Part shown: positions 34,325 through 49,300 of the stretch, piece by piece
Position numbering within the stretch: the stretch's first letter is position 1
How the letters are laid out: each line of letters starts with the position of its first letter
From: Antedon mediterranea
Lineage: Eukaryota; Animalia; Echinodermata
NCBI RefSeq assembly: GCF_964355755.1
Contig: NC_092677.1
Span: forward strand, 5,044,101-5,108,100
Reading direction: 5' to 3'
DNA length: 64,000 nucleotides
The notes under the pieces: generated by a model
Seen by the model: only the letters and a program-made list of their open reading frames with translations
Told to the model about the DNA's origin: nothing
Databases searched by the model: none
Position numbers and translations under genes: made by a program

Positions 34325-37300
34325 CTATTCCAGCAGATTCATATGTTATTTTGATTGTGGTGGTGGTGGTGGTTTTTTGCCTTTTGTTTATTGTGTGGAT
34401 AATGCTTCTTGTTTGTAAGTAAAATATATTCCTGATTTTACTGAACTTAAATTCCTTATTTGAATGGCATATTTTTATTCTTTATTTCTAATTATTTTTT
34501 TTAATTAGAATTCTCACAGGCACATTTAAAAATAGAATAGAAAAATTTATAAATATATCATGAAGAAGACACAGAGGCATACATAGAACAAAAAATAAAT
34601 TTTAAAAAGAAGCCGATGGTGTAAGTACTTCTAGAGCAGTCAGAACCCAATTACAATTAATATGTTTATTTTAATTTCAAAATTTAGTCATATATATTTT
34701 TAAAAATATAAATATGTATATCAAAAGCGACATTTGGCATTGGCAACAAGTTACCAAGAAACATTTGTATGTTAGTTAGCCTTAAAGATATATTGTCCCC
34801 CTAAAAAAATATTTTTTTGTTGAATATGTTATTTTAATGTCACATAATAGTTATTCACTTTCACAAAAAATTGGGTCTGAAAAAAATTTATTTACCTGAG
34901 AAAAATGTAATTTAAAGCAAAAAATGGTCAAATTATCTGGAAGACAATGAGTTTTTGGGTAATTTAACTGTTTATTTTGTCTTTTTATAGGTGAAATAAT
35001 TTTTTTCCTCGTTTTTTTTTCTTATGGAAGTGAACAACTTCATTAAAACTGCAAAATGGCCTATTCAAAGTCCGATTTTAAAAATCTTTATTTTTCATGA
35101 TTTTGGGGGACAATATATCTTTAACATTTTCATAAATATTTAACAATTTTATAGATATTATAATTTACCTACAGTAATTATAACACACACATGAGTGTAT
35201 CCTACCAAATGGTAAAGTGATATTTGATAATGATCAAACAATCAATGATTGTTGAGGTTTTGTAAACGCAAGTTCTGTATACATTTTTAAAATTCCAACA
35301 CTGGTTTTAGTGTGCTTCCTCAACATTAGGATTTTTGTTGTTAATTCTTAGTACAATTTTTAATATGAATAATTATTAGGTTTCTTTTATAAACATTATT
35401 ACCTAAATGCTATTGCATGTTTTGTAATTTTACAACATAGTAGATGAATATTTTTTACCGTAGCTAAATTGTTTATTTTAGATTTTATGAAATGCAAGAA
35501 TATTGAGTGGAGCAATACAGATATTGATACAGTGACAGTTGAAGGTGGTGAACCAATTATAATGAGTTGGAAATACCGTCCACGTATTGCAAGGTTCAAG
35601 ACTTTTGAAATAAAGAAAGACAACAAGGTGCTTGGTTCAAATCAACAGCAATCCAGTAGTTGTAAAACAGTCTGTCAGTTTGTCTGTTATTGCTGTATTT
35701 ACTTTTGTGGATTTTTTTGTATTGAATACTGTGACAAATCATGTAAGTTATTTTTAGATTATAATTTTATCAGTCTAATACATTTTATGTTTAGTGATTG
35801 CTATATAAAGTTTTACTGTAAGAAAAGTTAATATTTACTGTAGTCTGTACATACATTCAGTATCTATATATTAATGCTACTAAATTGGTCATTGAATGGA
35901 ACAGGCTTACATTTGGCACACTCATGTTTCTTGATGAGCCGCACACGATAGGCTAAAAAAAAAGGACTTTTATCAGGGAAAAGTGCGCTTTTATACTTAC
36001 TCCTCTCATACGAATTAGTATATAATCAGATATTAAGGCAGAAAAAGACCGTGCTAACTGCTAGTATGAGATAATTATTCAATTTTAATCAAATCATTTT
36101 TATTTCATAGTTGAAAACCGCAATGAAGACCAACCGAATGCAAGCAGGTGAGTTTTATATTTGCATACTGTATTTTGATTATCATAATTGAGTACATGAC
36201 ACTTGTAATTAAACATTGAATTGATGATATAAATGTGGTGGTATATCAATGACCAAAAGTTAAAAGAAACATTTGATTGTGTTAACTACAGAAGTGAAGG
36301 CGAAGAACATGATGGTACAGCTGTTCCTCTTCTTGAATCAAATTTACCTAACCAGGCTGCAGAAACTGATGCACAACCACAGGTTGGCTATAATGTTAAT
36401 TTATGATTTAAAATGTGAACCTGAAATGGATTTTCGATTTTAAGAACTTCACAATGGTTATTTGAATGTATCCAAGTAACACATTTCAGAAATAAAAACA
36501 ACATTTTTTGAAAAAATGAAATATTAAGATACCTTGGTAAGTTAGCGAAAAATACTCCTGCCATTAAAATTTTTTATTTAAATAGAAACTGGAGCATAGC
36601 TAGGCCTACTATTCCACGCGGTGAATGATCAACGGCTGGGGAAGGTGCGTGAAACGTTGCTGCTAATAATTCATTCAATACCAAATGCTGTTGAAATGCC
36701 AGGATTATTATATTGCCCTACAATTTCCTAGGCCGTACGTACCAACTATATAGACTAGTTGATCCACCACCCATACTCGCGAGGCTCCGTTTCATGCAGC
36801 AAAAGCGATATTAAGTTGCTGATCATATGTCATTGTGTGTAGGCCTCTAGCCAAAGTAAAATGTGAATCAAATTCGTTTTTGAACTGCCTGATTCATGAC
36901 AAATAAATTATCATCTTGTATTACTATATGTCTAATTCTGCTATACTAAAATAGAACATTTTAGAAGTATAAACTACGAACAATGCACAAAAATACAGGA
37001 ACAGAAAAATATGGATACGCATCACTGCACACAGCTCTGTATCAAGGAAAATGTTACTAGGCTTATGTCAGTTTTGCCAGAAAAACCTGTTGATTTGGAG
37101 ATTTTAAATCGTCATTTACTCGATAAATATTACCGTTATCGGAAAAAAATGTAAATACATTTTTGCAATAGTACATGCATTTAAAAAAATTTATTCCATA
37201 GATTTCAAAAGTTATCAAAAATTTCATAAAACAGCATTTTGTATACAGGGATTTGTACCTCTTAGTAACACCTAATAGAACCATCATCATTGTAAAATGA

Positions 37301-40300
37301 AAAAAATCAAAAATCCATTTCAGGTCCACAATATACAGTAAACAAGACATGCTGATAGTTAGTTTTGTGATTTAGTTGGGTTTCACATTAAAAGTAAATT
37401 ATTTTACTATTATTAGAAGTACAATTTTCCTATGGTAAAGTTGGGTTTCACATTAAAAGTAAATATGCCAATATCCAGTTTTGTTACTTTTGGATGTAAC
37501 TTCTGTTGTCTCCAATTCTTTATAGTTGTTTAATTGTTAGAGCTGATTGAATTAGTATAGTCAATGATTTTACTTTACTTTTACTTCTTAAAAACATCAT
37601 GCCTTAAATTATACAAAAAGTACAATAACTCCAGTAAAAAAGAACTGCACATAGAATTTGTGAAAGTGTTTACATTATTTGAAAACACCATTCTTTAATA
37701 CAAATGTTGTCTCTTAATTGCCTTTTTTCAGACAAGTTCTGATGATAGTGAAACCAGCCCTTTAACAAAACACCAAGAAGAACAAGGTAAACTTTGACAT
37801 TCTTTATACTTTAAATGTCAAGATTCTATCAAAATGCATTCCAAAGTAAAAAAGTACAAATTCTTGTGTTTACTTTTGGCTTATTTGAGTGTACTATATT
37901 TTTTAATGTGTTTTTTTATAAACATTTTCAATTTAATGAGGGAACAGTGGCAGATCCATCCTGGCAGAGCCTGGCCCAAAAAAGTAAATTCGTCATTTGA
38001 CAACCTTTTCTTAGTGTCATTCGTTACAACACATCAGTTTTTCATATTTACCCTTCCAATAATGAGTAAGACTTAAAGAGGTAAAGAGCGCTATAATAAG
38101 TACTTTTTATATTGTTATAAAAAATCCATCTATTTGTTTTTCGTAGAGCGCCATAATATGCGACGCGCTGGATCTGCCCCTGGGGAAAACTGTATTTTAT
38201 TGAGCCAATTATTTTACTATTATTAGATAGAAGTACAATTGAATTTTCCTATGTATTAGACATAACTACAGTAAGAATTTGTTTTAACATAGGAAAGCTT
38301 TTAAATTGTTATACCTGAACTAAAATGCAATACTAAACTATGACATGTCATTTTTTGTGATTGATTGTATTTTTTTTAGTTTATATTTTATTATTCCAAT
38401 TCACAGTGTGTGTACTGTGTGGCGCTGATACAAAGGTTTATATTATATTATATAGGGTTTAATTTTAAAGTCTAATAACATTATCATAGTCCTATACCTG
38501 TTTTAAGACTGTACTATGTATTTTTTAATTTTTTGTTTGTTTATAGCAAACGACTTGAATGAAAGGTATATTGTTTTTCGATAAGATACACATATTTTGC
38601 TTACACCTATGGCTTAATGCAATGCTATTACTTTTATAATAAATGTTGATTTATTAGACAAAGTACAGTATTACATACATTACATGTGTTGTTTTCTGTA
38701 TCAAGACCATCGCTACCAGCCAATCAAAGTATAATACATGATCCAAATATAAAAACAGGGCTAGGTTCACTATCACACAAAATAATTTCCAAGTATAAAA
38801 TTCAATCTCAAATTTACATCAGTGTTCAGTATTTATACACACAAAATAATACTGATTTTTACTTTCAGTATCTTAACAAAATACATCATTATAATACGTG
38901 TCATTACGTTTTTTGCTGTGAGCATTATTTACATTCATTTTAACACACAAGCCATTTAAGGTTTTGTTTGTTAAAACTGCTTTACTCTGCATCCAAATTG
39001 GAGCTCTTCCTTTATTAACAGTTTAGCCTTAGCCTCTTAGCCTTTGAAAAAATGTATTATTAAATGCCATGATAAACTAAATATTGATTGCAACAACATT
39101 AACATGTTTACAAAATGAATATTTCAATGCTAAAAACACTTGATAGGATGATTTTTCGGCTTTAAATAGAACAGTTATGAAATGAAAAATTCTCACCATT
39201 CAACTCATATGTAGTAGTAAAAACGTATACTGTAGTGTTGTTTAAAAAATATGTCTCTGTACTCCCTCCTGATATTAAGATTACAATAATTCCCACTTAT
39301 TCATCGCAAATAACTTTACATACTCATAGCATTTTGCCTTCTAATCACTAAAGTAGTTGTTTTTGCTTTATTACACATTTTTAGCGAATATTTATTATAA
39401 ACATATAGCTGGATGCAATTTATGTTAGCAAGAGATCAATACGAAGTTTAATTGAAACACAATGCTTCTCTTTTAATGATAATTATTATTATATTGTTAT
39501 TTGTAAAGGAAATAAGTCATATTAAAACATGAATTATTTTTCTATAGAAAAGCTGTCTAAGTTTAAGATATTAGAACTCCTAACATTTTAGCAACCTCTT
39601 CCTAAACTTATTTATTTATAGTTATTTTTCTGAATAATAATTTTATGTTAATTTTTTTTTTCTCTAGATCTGAAATCTCAAGTAAGTAAACACCAATACT
39701 ATTTCCTTTTAATTTGAAAATTGCATTATGTACGTTGATTTATATTTTAGAAATGGTAAAGTTATATCGTAAGTATTATAAATATATACGTGCGGGTGTG
39801 TAATTTTACTAAATGGAAAAGTTTAAAATTGTACTATGGACGTCCAGCTTTTTGTAAACATTTGGAAAATAGAGGCTGAGATTCGTGGATCTAACCAACC
39901 ATTTAGTGTAGTGGACTCCGTCGATTCTCCTCTTCCAAAATTAAAGTGCTGCCTTTTTAAATAACCTTGTTTAATAAAACAATCAACTCATAAACGTTCA
40001 TTACTGTATTAGTTTATTATCCGTTGCTTTCTGCTTGCTTATAAATGTACAGGGTACTGTATGTTGATCAGTAAGCATAATCATGGAGGTCTCCATGGCA
40101 TATAGTATATAAAGTGTATAGCAATATGCATTTAGTGAATTAGTAATCTGTTGCATAGAAACAAAATGCATCAAATTATTTATTTAACTTTGAGCTAAAA
40201 TGTTTATTTTGTACTTTTGTTTTAGTGTCTACAAACGGTAGAGGAAGAATCAACCTAAAATTTCCAAAGCCTAAGAAATCTGATTCAGGGAAGTACAACT

Positions 40301-43300
40301 GCAGTATAGAGGGCAGTAGACAGCAGTATCCAGGTGTCAACAATATGACTGTTTATTGTGAGTTTTAGTGAATTAAATATTGTATAATTGGGAAAATATA
40401 GTTCCGCAGGAAAAATATCGTTCCCTCTGGGATTTCAATTGTTATATCACCTTTCAATGGCAATATTTGTATATTATTATAACACACCTAAAGTGTATCC
40501 TTGCAAATTGATTGGTTAATTACACATCACAAGCTGTTTGGTGCTATAGTTCTCCTAATGGAAAAGTGATATCTAATGGTGATAGGCCTGATGGTTGGAA
40601 TGCATGTTCATGTGTACAAAAAAAAATGTTCTTGTGTACAAAAAAAAAATCTTTGTGGTAGTGAACAATAGCATTCAAAGTGGAACTCAATTAGAATTAA
40701 CATTTTTGAAGAGCAATATGTACTAATTTAGACAAAAGATAATATTTATTGGTCCATTATAAAAAATGTTGGAAAGTCTTTTTCCAAATGGCGTACACAT
40801 ACAAAAATACATATAAAAATTACAAATATAAATATATAAAAAGAAAACATGTACTTAAAATAGGTGAACTGGAATATTATTCAATAAAAGTTTTTTATAA
40901 TACTGTATATATTTAATATACAGATATTGCCTGCTTAGAGGTTAAATATAAGATTTGACATCCCCGAGGAAATGATATTTTGTTCGATGTGAATAGCGAA
41001 GCGCTAATGGAAATATATTCCATCGAACAAAATACCATTCCCAAGGGGTTGTAAAATCTTATATTTTACCGATATAAAAGGCGATATCTGTTATATTACA
41101 ACAAGTAGAATATCTGCTGGGTTGGGGAGCTAGGCTAGGCCTTCTTTTTGTATTGTATGTAAACAAGCTGCCTAGACACCTTACCTTGCGATGAATAATA
41201 TACAGATCATTACTAATGATTCCTTGGCAATAAAATTAAAATATTCACTAGCCTAGGTTGTTTAAATAATAACAGAAGAATTTCCATCAATAAGCCTACA
41301 TTAATAATAATATTATTATCAGGTAGGCCGAATAAATAATAATTCGTCTTCTTCGAGCCGAATCACCGGATGTTCGCTGCATCGCGAGTGTACCGGTTAC
41401 TACTGCGAGTATTAACCAATCACAAACGGTCTTTCATCACATCTAGGGAAGACTAATAACAAATGAGGGCGCTATGTATGCATAGTTTAAATAGTTTAGT
41501 TGATTAATTTATTCAAGCATTTTCTGTGGCGCAGCGCATGCAGCGTTGTCTTGTGATGGAGTGACAATTTCATCGCAAGTTCAAGACCCAGTAGATGACT
41601 TATTATTATTATTATTATTTATCGCCAAACGCAAGTATTGCCACACGAAAATTACACAGTCAATATCATCGTACTCGAGAATTTGCTGGATTTTTTATGT
41701 TTAATGACAGGGACACGATAATTATGCGAAAATTACTCAGTCAATATCATCGTACTCAAGGATATATACGATTTACGATCCTCGCAGCGGTAGTCATGTG
41801 ATGCAGTTTCAACCAATCGCGTTCACGTATTTACATAGGCTATGTAATATATATATTACTATTAATTATTACTGAATATTAAAATTAACATTATATTATT
41901 GCACACTGATTATATAATCGTAACCTAAGACCAGAATGCATAAATATATATTTACTATGTAGTGGATGGGATTCGTCTAACATAATTGCATTTATTTTTT
42001 TCCTAACATTCTCTTCATACAGAGTGTTTGTTGTGGTAATATTACAGCTAATACATCGTTCAGCTAAGCATCTTACTTTCTCAAACTAATTTTTATTTTC
42101 TTTACTAAAATTCCCAAAAGTGCAGATTAAACAAAAATTAAGTATACTCTGGGTGACTGACCTATAAAATAATAGCATAATGGATTTGTCAAAAAACACA
42201 CTTTATAGCTTTATGTTGCCTTGCTGGCCATTTATTCAGTATGTGCATTCCAGCTTAATTGTGATTCCAAGGTAACAATATGTCACCGCCAAAGACGAAA
42301 ATCTCCGTCTTTCTATGCCCAGCGCCAGACGGAAATTTCCATCTTTGGCTTTTCATTGCACAATTTGTTAGAGCAGGTATACCGCCTATAGAAATTTCAA
42401 CATCCAAATTGATCTGTACCGCAAATATTTTGATACTTTATTAACCCTGAGTGACATTGACCCCAGCTGGCCTACATCGCGTCCTATGATCCGTAAACAA
42501 CATAATGTGCTTACTGCGGATGAAGCAATTGCAGAAATACTTGCTGAATCTGACTCTGAAAATGAGTATTTATTATCCCCAGATGATGTAGGTATATTTT
42601 TACCTAAATCTGATTTATGAACTGTAAAAAAATAATTGAAGATGATTTAGCTAGCTAGGCCTCATAGGCTAGTTTGTAGAATAGGTTGAGAATCGTATGT
42701 GTCAGTCAGTGACACTGACAGACGGTGCAGTCCAGACTAAAATCCTCATTATCTCTGCTTTGTTCTCTGATTGAGGCTAAAGTGCTAAAAGTGAGTCAAG
42801 TTCTTTGTACAGTTATGTGGTATTACAGTTTTATTTCAATAAAGTGTTTGGTACCATAGGAAAGCTTATTCCTATCTCATTATTTGAGTGTATATTACAT
42901 GTCTTTCTGATTACAAACACCTTTGCTATGAGCTAAACAGGTAAAACAGGTTAAATTAGTTAAAAAGGCTGGCGGTGAGGGGTACTTCCTTTATTAAATG
43001 CCTGGCGGTGAAAGTGTTAAATGACATTATACTATGCGAACAATTTAGGAACTGCAGGAAAACTTCATAACTGTGCTAGTTAGTTAGCAACAGGGCGGTA
43101 GACATAGTTTAGGAACAACCCCTTCATTTATTGACAATTGGAAATTTGACAAAAAATTGCAGCCATTTTGTCACAACAGTATTCAAGGACTTTGTTGGGG
43201 ACATGATCTGGACCAGATGGTTTGTTAACTTTAGGTTGCTTAAATACCCTACGAACTACATTTTCAGATATATTAATTTCCTCACACCCCTTTTTATTCA

Positions 43301-46300
43301 TTCATATCAAGGGTCAACTTTCTGTGGAGTAAACATGGCGTGTTTCATAAAAAGTTACGCGCACACACGCATTTAAAGTTTTAATATCATTCAAATTTCT
43401 GTATGTTTCAGAATATTTTTGCATTTCAACATTTCAATTTTCGTTCTGTTACGCACATGCATTTTTGCGCATAGTGACCCACCATTTATGAAAGCTAATG
43501 AGTTGTAGATAATAATAATATAATAATGCAGATTTCTAGAGCGCACTTCGCCACCAAAGGTGCTTATGGCGCTTGATTGATTGATATAATTTATTTGATT
43601 ATACATGTTACCATATTACACCCAAAAAATAAACGCCTTCCCGAATAAACTCCCTAGGGCATTTATTCGTATAAATACAGTATTTAGATCATAAAATGAA
43701 GTTACATTTTAAAATACATTCAACATTTAAGTGAATTTTAAGATTTTTTCTAGCGATAGAAACAGTTTCACAGTTTAATCTCAAAGATATTTCAATTTAT
43801 TGTTATCCTTATTATTTATTTATGTTTTTTTCTCAGGTCAGGCTATTTTGTTTTGTATTTATTTATTTAATTATCTTAGTGCAAAAAGGTGCTATTTGTT
43901 TTTATTATTATTTTTTTTTATATATATTCAGGGATTGAGATGGAAAATCCAAAGTACTCAATATACCATGGTATCAGTAATGTTGAAATGAAGTGCAGCT
44001 ATGGACCATCACATATGTCATTAACAGGTTACAAGTGGAAGAAGATTAAGGAAGATGGCACAACAGAGATTGAGGATTGTTCTAAAGATGACAGATTTGA
44101 AGTAACAAGTTACCAAAATAGCATTCTGTCTTTGAAGATAAAAAATGTTGAACTTGGTGATGTTGGGATATATCAATGTGAAGTGAAGCCAGTTGATGGA
44201 GAAATGAAGCTGAGAGATACTACAGAGCTAAAAAAATGTAATTTTTATGTTTTATTTATAATTTTAAAAGTTAATGGCCCAATTCAACATCTATGACAAT
44301 CTTTACTTTAAAAAAAGTAAGATTAACATATTTAAGAAACAAATTCTATCAATTGTGTAATTCAAAAGATGTAAATTTATATGTTTCAAGGGATTAAGAT
44401 GGAACATCCTGAGTACTCAACAGAAGAAGGAATCAGTAATGTTAAAATGAAGTGCAGATATGAACCAGCAGATATGCCAATAACAGGTTACAAGTGGAAG
44501 AAGATTAGGGAAAATGGCACAACAGAGATTGAGGATTGTTCCAAATATTCTAGATTTGAAGTAACATGTAATCAAAATAGCATTCTGTCTTTGAAGATAA
44601 AGAATGTTAAACTTAAAGATGCTGGCAAGTATCAATGTGAAGTGAAGCCAGTTGAAGGAGAACAAATACTGAAGGATACTACACAACTGACAGTTAAAAA
44701 ATGTAATTTTTATTTTATTTATCATAATAAAAAGTTAATGGCCCAATACAAAATCTAAATAACAATTGTTATTTTAAAAGGTAAGATTAACATTTTTAAA
44801 AAGCAAGATACTACACAACTGACAGTTAAAAGATGTAATTTTTATTTTATTTATAATTTTAAAAGTTAATGGGCCAATTCAACATCTATGACAATCTTTA
44901 CTTTAAAAAAAGAAAGATTAATATATTTAAGAAACAAATTCTATCAATTGTGTAATTCAAAAGATGTAAATTTATATGTTTCAAGGGATTAAGATGGAAC
45001 ATCCTGAGTACTCAATAGACCATGGTATCGCTAATTTCAAAATGAAGTGCAGCTATGGACCATCAGATATGCCATTAAAAGGTTACAAGTGGAAGAAGAT
45101 TAAGGAAGATGGCACAACAGAGGAATGTGACAAAGGTTCTAGATTTGAATTAGGCCCAACAAGCCAAGAACACAACATTCTGTCTTTGACGATAAATAAT
45201 GTTTTACTTGGTGATGCTGGCAAGTATAAATGTGAAGTTACGCTAGTTGATGGAGAACAAATACTGAAAGATACTACACAGCTGACAGTTAAAAGATGTA
45301 ATTTTTATTTTATTTATAATTTTAAAAGTTATTGGCCCAATTCAAGATCTAAATGACAATCTTTATCAAAAGTAAGATTAACATTTTTAAGAAGCAAATT
45401 CTATAAAAATTTGTGAATTCAAAATCTAAATGACAATCTTTACTTTAAAAAAATTAAGATTAACATTTTTAAGAAGCAAATTCTATACAAATTTGTGAAT
45501 TCAAAATATGTAAATTTATTTGTTTGAAGGGATTGAGATGGAACAGCCAGTGTACTCAACAGAAGGTGGTATCAGTAATTTTGAAATGAAGTGCAGATAT
45601 GGCCCATATATGCCATTAAAGTGGAAGAAGATTATGGAAGATGGCACAACAGAGATTGAGGATTGTTCTAAAGATTCTAGATTTGAAGTAACATGTAACC
45701 AAAATAACATTCTGTCTTTGAAGATAAAGAATGTTTTACTTAGTGATGCTGGCAAGTATCAATGTGTTGATGGAGAAAACATACTGAAAGATACTACAGA
45801 GCTGATAGTTGGAAAATGTAATTTTTATGTTTTATTCATAATTTTAAAAGTTAATGGCCCAATACAAAATCTAAATAACAATCGTTATTTTAAAAAGTAA
45901 GATTAACATTTTTAAGAAGCAAATTCTATCAAAATTTGTGAATTCAAAATATGTAAATTTATATGTTTGAAGGGATTAAGATGGAAAATCCTGAGTACTC
46001 AACAGAAGAAGGTATTCATGTTGAAATGAAGTGCAGCTATGGACCATCAGATATGTCATTAAAAGGTTACAAGTGGAAGAAGATTAGGGAAGATGGCACA
46101 ACAGAGATTAAGGATTGTTCCAAAGATTCTAGATTTGAAGTAACATGTAATCAAAATAGCATTCTGTCTTTGAAGATAAATGATGTTGTACTTGGTGATG
46201 CTGGCAAGTATCAATGTGAAATTACACCAGTTGATTTAGAACAAATACTGAAAGATACTACACAGCTAACAGTTAAGAAAGGTAATGTTTACATTTTATT

Positions 46301-49300
46301 TACAATTCGTCTAAAGGAGATTGGCTTAAAGATGATCACGTATTAATTGTTGGTAATTTCCATTTATAAACTCATCCTGATTGTTATATATATTATAGTG
46401 ATTTGTAGTCATCCTAATGTACCATATTTGTTTGAATAAATTCCCCGCTTTGAATAAACACGCCCCTTGAATAAACTCTGCCCATAGAACATCATTTTAA
46501 ATAAATGCCCCCTACCTCGAATAACAACAGTAACTACCCAATCAGATATCCTTAAACAGTGAGGTACAGCTCTGTGATTTTACTTAGAATTAAATACATG
46601 TTTTTCTCGCTACGGAGTGATGTAGAAGCAAGATGTCTTCAGGGAAAAAAGCTGTTATTGCAGTAATAAATCCATTTAACTAAAAGGTCCAGTAATAAAA
46701 TATTATAACGCACCTAAATAGATTCTTGTTATTCGATAAGACGAATGTGGGTCACATGGTGTTTGATAGACGCAGGCCGTAGTCAGTGGGTGGGGGGGAT
46801 GTTATGGTTCAGACGAACCCCCCTTTCACAGCAAATCTCCCCCCCCCCTTAATCTACAGCGAGCCCCCACCCACAAACAAGCTTGTCGTAAGAACTTGAA
46901 ATTAGTCTCAAATTGTTTAAAATATACATATTTACATTTAATCTAAGAACCTTAGTTAAAAGATGACTGGAAATATCATTACAGAACAACATACCTCCAC
47001 AAAAACATGTCATACTTGATACTTGATATAAAAGGTATCCAAGACAACTACAATATACCACTACATTGTTTACATGAATCATCATTCCATATGACACTGT
47101 TGCATAATATTTTTGAATGTCACCTACATATTTATTCGAATAAGCCCCCCTCGATTTAAACTTCCTCAAATAAATTCCCTGCCTCATGCACATTTACACA
47201 ATATTGTATCACAACACACTTCATTGACTGCCATAATCTACAATTTACCAAGCATTTTGATACAATTTTATCACATTTTGATAGTGGGTATCAAATAAAC
47301 ATCCCCTCCCCATCCCACTTAAAAACCCTTATGAACAATAAATATGATAATCTAAATTTTGTTTAGTACTGTGCACGTACTATACAATATAGGAACACTC
47401 TACGTGTGGCGCAGTGTGTTGGACTTTGGATTACTGATAATGAGATTGTGGTTCGAATCCAACTCTCGCCGCATTGCTTGTATCCTTAGACAAGACACAC
47501 CCAGGTGTATAAAATGGGTACTGGGTTAGATCAAGACACAACTTTGCACTGATTACTAGCTGCACTATGGGAGTATGTTTGATCCAAAAAATGACCGCGG
47601 TAATAATGTTCAGCGCATTGAGTGCTTGTTTATGCGCTATATAATAATGAACTATTATTATTATAACATTTAGTGACAGCAATGTTTCAAAATCTTTCTA
47701 TTCAGTCCTAAAAATGTCTTCCCCAATTACCCAAGACTGGGCTCAAGACACTAGACCAGATTAATGAATGTCTATAGGATAAGTTGTGGAGAGATATGTT
47801 TTTTGTTTGAAACATTAAAAATAGTATTTCCGGTCATCTTTGAACCAATGTTCTATTAAAAATGTAAATATGTATATTTCGAACAATTTGATACCAAATT
47901 TAAGTTTCTACGACCAGTACTTACAGAGATACAGTATGAAGATGCCCTGGTATGTGGGTCAAAGGTCAGAAATGACATTTCTGATCATTTTTGACTAAAA
48001 TGCCACATTACACTGAATATGAATGTATACCTTCTGATCAATTTGAGACCAAAATTACCTCACTGTGATCAGTGGTTTTCGAGATTTAAGGACATATTGG
48101 TGTTTGAACTTATAACCTTTCACCCTGACCTTTTGACCTTTCACCACATTTTCAAAATGTGTAACCAAGCTAAAAATGATTGCTTGACAACCCTAAACTA
48201 ATGTCTGAAGTCAAATTCTCTGGACCTCAAAGTGCATACGAAAGTTGATCTAGCTACTATAGAACGTCTGAGAGCCTATAAACATAAAAAATAAAATTTT
48301 AAAAATTGAAGACTTAATGTTCTTAAAAAAATCACATAACTGTTCTTTATTTAAATGTCAATTTAAACTATTATTGGTTGAAGGTTATTTGTAATTTCTT
48401 TTATTATTGATATATTTGGATTCATCTTAAATAATTTATATAATCTATACTTAAATTATGTGTTAGAGAAAACATGTTAGCATTAAAAAAAAATCTTCAT
48501 TATTATATGAAGTCTGTTGTTGTGTTTGGAGTTCCTAATTTTGTAATATTATTTATATTTTTGTTTTGAGGAGTCTATTCACTATAAGCTATGCTTTCAT
48601 TAATAGACTAAGTTATTAGTAAAGTGAAATGAAATGATTCCACCCAGAAGTTTTGACCCCTTAATTTTGTAATATCACTGAAAACGGTTTGTCAGTCTGA
48701 CCCCGGGGTTGAGTCTAGCCTCCCGACCCCTTGAAAACCCCCCAAAAACGGGTTATTTCACCACATTTCACCCATGGACCAAAATTGGTACAAACATAGT
48801 AGTGTGTCAGTACATAACAAAAACTGACAAAATATCTGGTCGGAAAGGTTATGTCAGCCTCCGTTATGACATTGAGGATTTGAAGCCAGTTTAGCTATTG
48901 TAAATATCTTACTCTGAGATCACAAGTGTTATCTTCTAGGCATCTTGGTTCATACCACAGCCAATAGTACCAATTTATTTGTATTATATAAAATTATTGT
49001 TATTATTATGGAATTAACAATATTAAAACCATTTTGTTTAAAACATTGATTGTTTAATAATTGTATAAAAAAGTCCTCTTTAGTCTTTGTGTGAAAGTAT
49101 AGGGGAATGTTATGTTTATTTTTATAATTTGCATTAAAAATGGCATTGTCTCTTTTTTTTGTTTAATAGATGCAATAGAAATGAATATTCCTAATGTTAC
49201 TGCCAACTGTTCTACCGAAGCAAAATTGGCCTTAAACCTTACATGGCACGAAGATTCTACTAAAAGTAAAATAGAAAGAGTCACATGGTGTAAGGGTGAT

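Noticed and set aside
47403-47475. tRNA gene
   Set aside because: A/B boxes are present but there is no convincing cloverleaf, and the sequence continues into a SINE core and (ATT)n tail.
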